Assembly: GCA_963836075.1 (NCBI GenBank)
Contig: CAWIIB010000009.1
Span: forward strand, 1,184,001-1,248,000
Length of the DNA: 64,000 nt
Direction: 5' to 3'
From: an uncultured Acidobacteriota bacterium
GTDB lineage: Bacteria > Acidobacteriota > JAQAZP01
The position numbers and the translations under genes are program-made. Of this stretch, positions 59,241 to 64,000 are shown in pieces. Below the pieces are notes generated by a model that was not told the DNA's origin, did no database searches, and saw only the letters and a program-made list of their open reading frames with translations. Within the stretch, counting starts at the first letter, position 1. Every line of letters starts with the position of its first letter.

Positions 59241-60383
59241 ATGAATATCAGGATTCCCTTCGTTGCGATGGTAATTTTTTGCGGACTTCTGGTTTTGATT
59301 TCATGCTCTCCGGAAAAAGAACTGGAATCGCACGCCCCGAGAATCATGCTGATGCCCGAGCACGATACGGACGGCCTGACCAGGATCCTGCTCTATTACG
59401 ACATGGAAGGCATTTCCGGGCAGAAGATCCTCCGGTCGATCGATTTCGGCAACGAAGCCTATCCCCAGGCCCGGGAGTGGCTGACCAACGACGTCAATGC
59501 CGTGGTGGACGGCCTGTTCGCGGGCGGTGCTGACACGGTCGAGGTGGTGGATGCTCACGGCAGCTTCAACCCCGAACCTGACATCCTCCTCGACAAGCTG
59601 GACCCCCGGGCGGCCATGCTTTACAGGGACGAGAAGTTTGGCCCTTATGTGGATCTGCTGGAGGAAGGAAAGTACGACGCCGTCGTCGCCCTCTGCATGC
59701 ACTCCAAAACCGGAGGTGGCGGCTTCGGGTCGCACACGGTCAACCTGGGGACGGACTGGATCCTCAACGACATGTCGATTAATGAATCAGAGCTGCTGGC
59801 GTATTCCTGGGGCCGGGCCAATGTCCCGCTGATTCTCGTCACCGGTGATGACAAGCTGGGCCATGAACTCTCCTGGATGACCTGGCTGGAGTATGTGGAG
59901 GTGAAGACAGCCAAAGGCCAGGATGATGCGGAACTCAGGCCGTTCGAGGAGGTTCACCAGGAGATGCGTACCGCTGCCGAGCGAGCCGTGCGGAATATCC
60001 CAGGCAGCAGTGCGGTGAAATTGACCGAGCCGATAAAGGCCCAGCTGCGGGTGGTCAAACCGGCCGACCTGAGTGCCCTGGAAGGCCTGCCCGGCATTGA
60101 CTACAAGGATCAGACCGTCACCTTCCAGGCAGCGAATTTCCAGCAGGCCTACGACGGCATCCGTGCGTTCATGGAAATCGCCCATGACGGCTACTGGGAC
60201 ATCCTGCAGAATATCGCACTCTCACAGGAGGACGGCGGCGAAACCTTCATGCAGTGGAAGGACGAGATGATGGCCACCTGGATAGCCCAGGAGTCGGGCC
60301 GGGAAAAGACTCCCCCTCCGGCAGAGGAGACTGCGGAAGCTGACGCGGAATCGTCCCCCAAAAAATATTTCGGCTCCACGTGA
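59241..60383 (+). CDS. M55 family D-aminopeptidase (DppA-like), lipoprotein
   Basis: DMEGISG, VDAHG, SHT and VTGDD motifs. Lipobox LISC. Confidence 0.9.
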   Translation: MNIRIPFVAMVIFCGLLVLISCSPEKELESHAPRIMLMPEHDTDGLTRILLYYDMEGISGQKILRSIDFGNEAYPQAREWLTNDVNAVVDGLFAGGADTVEVVDAHGSFNPEPDILLDKLDPRAAMLYRDEKFGPYVDLLEEGKYDAVVALCMHSKTGGGGFGSHTVNLGTDWILNDMSINESELLAYSWGRANVPLILVTGDDKLGHELSWMTWLEYVEVKTAKGQDDAELRPFEEVHQEMRTAAERAVRNIPGSSAVKLTEPIKAQLRVVKPADLSALEGLPGIDYKDQTVTFQAANFQQAYDGIRAFMEIAHDGYWDILQNIALSQEDGGETFMQWKDEMMATWIAQESGREKTPPPAEETAEADAESSPKKYFGST

Positions 60384-60419
60384 GAACTCACCGGAGGCGA
60401 ATGATGATTCCGTCCGCCC

Positions 60420-60785
60420 TCAGGGCGCCGTGCAGCTCAGCGTGAAGCCTGCGGTGTCACTGCTTCCCGACGGTGCGTAGGGCGGCTGGTTCCAGGGCGC
60501 CGGGGTGACGTCCACACCGGTGAGGGTGAAGAGGTTGTCGCCGACCAGGCTGCCCAGCGCCGGGATCGACTGGTTCCACCCGGTGGTATGGACCTCCAGC
60601 GGGTCGAGGTTGGTCCAGCCGGCTCGCCAGTTGGTGACCGGGCTGCCGCCGGCCGGGAGGACGTCGATCCGTCCGGCGGTCCGCCGGTTCTCCCCGGTGA
60701 GGTTGGCCAGGGAGATCTGCAGCGTGCTGGTGAAGGGAACCGTTCCGTTATCCGGCACGGCGGTGAACCCCACCGAAATGGTCTG
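60420..60785 (-). repeat. C-terminal module A, copy 4 (coding)
   Basis: QTISVGFTAVPDNGTVPF...TNWRAGWTN...DVTPAPWNQPPYAPSG...CTAP*. Confidence 0.9.
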
Positions 60786-62834
60786 GGGCAACCCGGGGCT
60801 CACCTCGCAGCTCCCCTGCCAGGGTAATACGTCTTCCCGGCACACGGTGACGGTCATTGTCCCCTCGGTGGCCGGGGCGATGGTGAGTATGGCCTGACCC
60901 GCCCCATCGGTGGTGCCGGTGGCGTGGACCTCGTCGCCCTTCCAGAGACAGACCGTGAAGCCGTCCAGCGGGCCGCCGTGGTCCACGGTGACTGCAAACG
61001 TCTGGCTGCCGGTACTGATGCTCGGCGAATGACTCACACCGTTCACCGCGGTGGGGTTCCCGGTCCAGACCTGCATCCCCGGGTCGCCCAGCAGGTGAAG
61101 CTGGGTGAAGCAGTAGTCGCTGAGATTGTAGGGATCGTCCGGGTTGTAGGCCGTATTTTTGAGCCAGAGGAACGTGTCCCCCAGGTCGTGCACATCCAGC
61201 TGGAAAAGCGATTCGTAGAACAGGAAGTCCTGCAGCACCGTGTAGTGGACCGGGTCCGAGGCCGGGGCGCCCCAGCCGTAGCGGGTGTTGCCGAGAAAGG
61301 CCACTGCACCGCCGCCGTTGCGCCGGAGAAACGCTTCGGCGATACAGATGTCGTAGGTGATGTCGCAGGGCCAGCAGCCGATGGCGAAGACGACGCTCTG
61401 CCTGTCGCCGTTGCTCAGCCCCTGGGCGTCGGCCACCTCCATGACGTCGCCGTGACAGATCGCACCGGCGCCGATGCCATACCAGTTGCAGTGCTCGTGG
61501 TGGTTCACCAGGTGGTGCCCCTGGTTGAGGTAGGCGATCATATCCGCCTTGTGCGCGCCCGGTTCGCTGTCGTACTCGGTGTTCAGCACCCATGATGGCG
61601 GCAGGTGGGTGGCGCGGAGCAGCTCCTTCTCGATCTCGCCCTTGCCGTCCCCGTCGGTGTTGTCAAAGCCGAGGAAGAGCGCCATCTCCAGGTAGTCCTT
61701 GTTCGGCGGGCTCTGCTCGTAGGTCAGCACCTTGTCGATGAAGGTCGAGATCTGCGCCGTATTGGCCACCGAAGCACGGCCCACAGCCGTCTCGCAGACA
61801 AAGTCGCCGTCGAAGTCGGCATAGTAGGTGTCGTTGGGAATATTGTCGGTCCAGTAGCCGGGTACGGTGACCGGGCGGAAGTGGGTTGGGATCACGTCGG
61901 TGTCTCCGCCGAAGAGGACGTGGGTGGCGCCCCAGGTCTGGTGCACGTCCTCCACAAAGGACCGCAACTGCTGGACCGCCGAACCGATATACGAGCCGCT
62001 GGTGTAGATCCACTCGGTGGTGACGATGGCCGAGCGGGTCCCGGTGGCGGTCCGCCAGTCGGCCAGCGGCTGGAAATCGTCCACCCAGTCTTCCCTGGTG
62101 ACGATGACGTAGTCATAGTTTCCCGGGTCCACGCCCCGCATCACGGTCGCCCCACTGGCCGTCCGGGGCGACACCGCTTCAGGGTTGGCGACCAGGCGCT
62201 TCAGCTGTGCTTCATAGCGTTGGCGTCCCGCGGGCGAGATGGCCGCGGGGAGGCTGTCTCCGCAGCGGTAACCACCGCTGCCCCGGACCTCAAACTCCAA
62301 CAGAGTGAAGAGGGACAACCGGCCGGTGGATGGCTGCCAGAGCAACGGGTTGACCCGGATGATGGCGAAGGATTGTCCTGCCAGGTCGGCCTGGCCGGAG
62401 AGAACCACCGGTGAGGCCGGCCAGAACGCAGTGCTATCGTAGATGGCGGGGTCGGGCGGAGCCGCTTTCGGTACCCTGCGGCCCTCACCGATCACCTGGG
62501 GGAGCCCTGCGGGTGCGATGCGGTGCGCCCCGGCCAGGGGTGCGGTCCGGCTCTCCACCAGCCTCACATCGGTGGCGGCCATACCCGGCGGCAGGGCCAC
62601 CCGCAGGGTCGTCACGGGCAGGGCAGGGGCGCCGGGGGTTTCACTCAGGGCCGTGCCGGGAAGACAGACCGTTACCGTGCCGTCAGGTCCCACGGGGCTG
62701 AAGGTCAGGCTCTCCTCCGTGAACTCCACTGTCTGCCGGACCAGGAATGGCTCCCTGTCCGGTGCCGCCGCCGAAGCCGGGATGACGGCCAGTAGAAGGG
62801 TCAGGAGCATGAGGCAGCGGTTGGAAAGGAGCAT
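60420..62834 (-). CDS. C25 (gingipain-like) cysteine peptidase with propeptide, Ig-like domain and C-terminal module A
   Basis: Propeptide PGAPALP, YVIVT..LADWR, FGGD, D.YYAD, VGR, YE, catalytic His (NHHEH) and Cys (IGCW), GGAVAFLGNTR and LLGDP. GGAGG RBS before the ATG at 62834. Confidence 0.9.
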   Translation of the reverse strand: MLLSNRCLMLLTLLLAVIPASAAAPDREPFLVRQTVEFTEESLTFSPVGPDGTVTVCLPGTALSETPGAPALPVTTLRVALPPGMAATDVRLVESRTAPLAGAHRIAPAGLPQVIGEGRRVPKAAPPDPAIYDSTAFWPASPVVLSGQADLAGQSFAIIRVNPLLWQPSTGRLSLFTLLEFEVRGSGGYRCGDSLPAAISPAGRQRYEAQLKRLVANPEAVSPRTASGATVMRGVDPGNYDYVIVTREDWVDDFQPLADWRTATGTRSAIVTTEWIYTSGSYIGSAVQQLRSFVEDVHQTWGATHVLFGGDTDVIPTHFRPVTVPGYWTDNIPNDTYYADFDGDFVCETAVGRASVANTAQISTFIDKVLTYEQSPPNKDYLEMALFLGFDNTDGDGKGEIEKELLRATHLPPSWVLNTEYDSEPGAHKADMIAYLNQGHHLVNHHEHCNWYGIGAGAICHGDVMEVADAQGLSNGDRQSVVFAIGCWPCDITYDICIAEAFLRRNGGGAVAFLGNTRYGWGAPASDPVHYTVLQDFLFYESLFQLDVHDLGDTFLWLKNTAYNPDDPYNLSDYCFTQLHLLGDPGMQVWTGNPTAVNGVSHSPSISTGSQTFAVTVDHGGPLDGFTVCLWKGDEVHATGTTDGAGQAILTIAPATEGTMTVTVCREDVLPWQGSCEVSPGLPQTISVGFTAVPDNGTVPFTSTLQISLANLTGENRRTAGRIDVLPAGGSPVTNWRAGWTNLDPLEVHTTGWNQSIPALGSLVGDNLFTLTGVDVTPAPWNQPPYAPSGSSDTAGFTLSCTAP

Positions 62835-63093
62835 TGTCTGACCTCCGGATGGTGGCAGTCGGCCGAGCGGTACATACCTGTGGAAATAATAGTGTCTTTG
62901 CCCGGCATCGGCAACAGGGGCCGGGCATCCCGAGCCAGGATTCCTCCGGCCGGGCACCCGTAAAAAATTGAACGACTGTCAAGAAATTTGCCGGCGGCAT
63001 CTCCCCGACTACCGCGTGCTCGATTCAGTGGCGGTCCAGGCAACTGATTGATTAATAGTGTCTTGTCCGATTCGTCTCCGGGGCTTTCGCTTT

Positions 63094-63109
63094 TGGCACG
63101 ACTCCTGCA
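63094..63109 (+). promoter_or_regulatory. sigma54 -24/-12 promoter
   Basis: TGGCACGACTCCTGCA (GG-N10-GC), close to the consensus. Confidence 0.55.
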
Positions 63110-63246
63110 CTTTCATCGGGACGGCCGCCCGGCGGCGGCAGGTTTCTCAATACCTGCCGTCCGGACGTTGACATATAGAGCGTATGGATAACTAGTGTTT
63201 CGTTGCCGGCCGGGATATCCCGGCTGGCTCCGAGGGGGATGCGATC

Positions 63247-63348
63247 ATGATTGGTGCAACCGACATCAAACGGTTCCTGCTGGCCTTTGCCTTCACCATC
63301 GTTGGATTTTCACTGCTGTTCTTCGTGCTGACCACCAAGGTGATGTGA
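63247..63348 (+). CDS. Small single-TM protein (33 aa)
   Basis: GAGGGGG RBS, MIGATDIKRFLLAFAFTIVGFSLLFFVLTTKVM*. Below the ORF-track length cutoff. Confidence 0.6.
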   Translation: MIGATDIKRFLLAFAFTIVGFSLLFFVLTTKVM

Positions 63349-63402
63349 AACGTTTCCAGCATTTCATTGACAATGCCCCAACATCATTGCCAGAGTAGCA
63401 AT

Positions 63403-63523
63403 GCGGTCCCCTTGAAGCGGTAACCGTGGATTGGGGATCGTGTCGTCACCATCGGCGGCCCCTCGCAGGGAGTGGGCCGAGCCATCAGCTTTGTACGAGC
63501 TGTGAACGAGGGCACTTCCCTCG
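63403..63523 (+). promoter_or_regulatory. Candidate structured RNA leader upstream of asnA
   Basis: Four consecutive stems starting just after TTGACA-N18-CAGAGT (63367..63396). Confidence 0.35.
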
Positions 63524-63555
63524 AGACCAAAATAGAAAAAGTTGGGGTAAGGACA

Positions 63556-64000
63556 ATGAAAAAGTACGAATCTCTCCTGGATCTCAGGCAGACCGAGGAA
63601 GCCATCGTGGCCATCAAGCACCACTTCCAAAGGGAACTGGCCAGGAACCTCAACCTCTCAAGGGTGAGCGCGCCCCTGTTTGTCATGGCGGGTACCGGGA
63701 TAAACGATGACCTCAACGGCGTGGAGAAGCCCGTGGCTTTTGGCGTCAAGGCCCTGAACGGCACCTCGGCGGAGATCGTGCAGTCTCTGGCCAAGTGGAA
63801 GCGCATGGCACTGGCCGATTACGGGTTCGAGCCGCAGGAGGGGCTCTACACAGACATGAACGCCATCCGCCCGGACGAGACCCTCGACGAGTTGCACTCG
63901 GTATACGTGGACCAGTGGGACTGGGAACTGGTCGTCGATCCAGAGGACCGGACCCTTGAGTTTCTCACCGCGACCGTGGGGAAGATCTACACCGCTCTGC
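63556..64000 (+). CDS. asnA: Aspartate-ammonia ligase (partial, runs off the window)
   Basis: Manual translation: RVSAPLFV..GINDDLNGVEKPV...EIVQSLAKWKR...GLYTDMNAIRPDE..HSVYVDQWDWE. Confidence 0.95.
   Translation, partial: MKKYESLLDLRQTEEAIVAIKHHFQRELARNLNLSRVSAPLFVMAGTGINDDLNGVEKPVAFGVKALNGTSAEIVQSLAKWKRMALADYGFEPQEGLYTDMNAIRPDETLDELHSVYVDQWDWELVVDPEDRTLEFLTATVGKIYTAL

Overview
GC-rich bacterial chromosomal window, probably from an Acidobacteriota-like diderm (inferred from an acidobacterial-type VWA protein and an OmpA lipoprotein). It runs from the 5' end of clpB to the 5' end of asnA. Housekeeping genes (xth, tatD, cysE/cysK, cyaB, DppA-family peptidase, DUF1846, MFS, sulfatase-like proteins) are interleaved with many secreted multidomain proteins. 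The strongest signal is that seven exported proteins with mostly unrelated passenger domains end in one of two conserved C-terminal modules. Module A is a ~120-aa Ig-like domain with the motif DVTPAP(Y/W)NQPP(Y/F)xxSG, present in 4 intact copies plus one 22-codon relic. Module B is a ~335-aa FG-GAP-type propeller, present in 3 copies. Both sit where homologous passengers elsewhere usually carry T9SS-CTD, PEP-CTERM or dockerin tags, which suggests an uncharacterised sorting/anchoring or scaffolding system. Other candidates: a translationally coupled DUF2779 nuclease-AAA ATPase-CYTH operon behind a sigma54-like promoter; a divergent sigma/anti-sigma pair near a TPR-CHAT protease and a serpin; nested REP-like inverted repeats; two unannotated small ORFs; and a structured leader upstream of asnA. 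Many single-base frameshifts suggest uncorrected assembly errors. No rRNA, tRNA, CRISPR array or transposase was recognised. All family assignments come from motif recognition by eye, not database searches.
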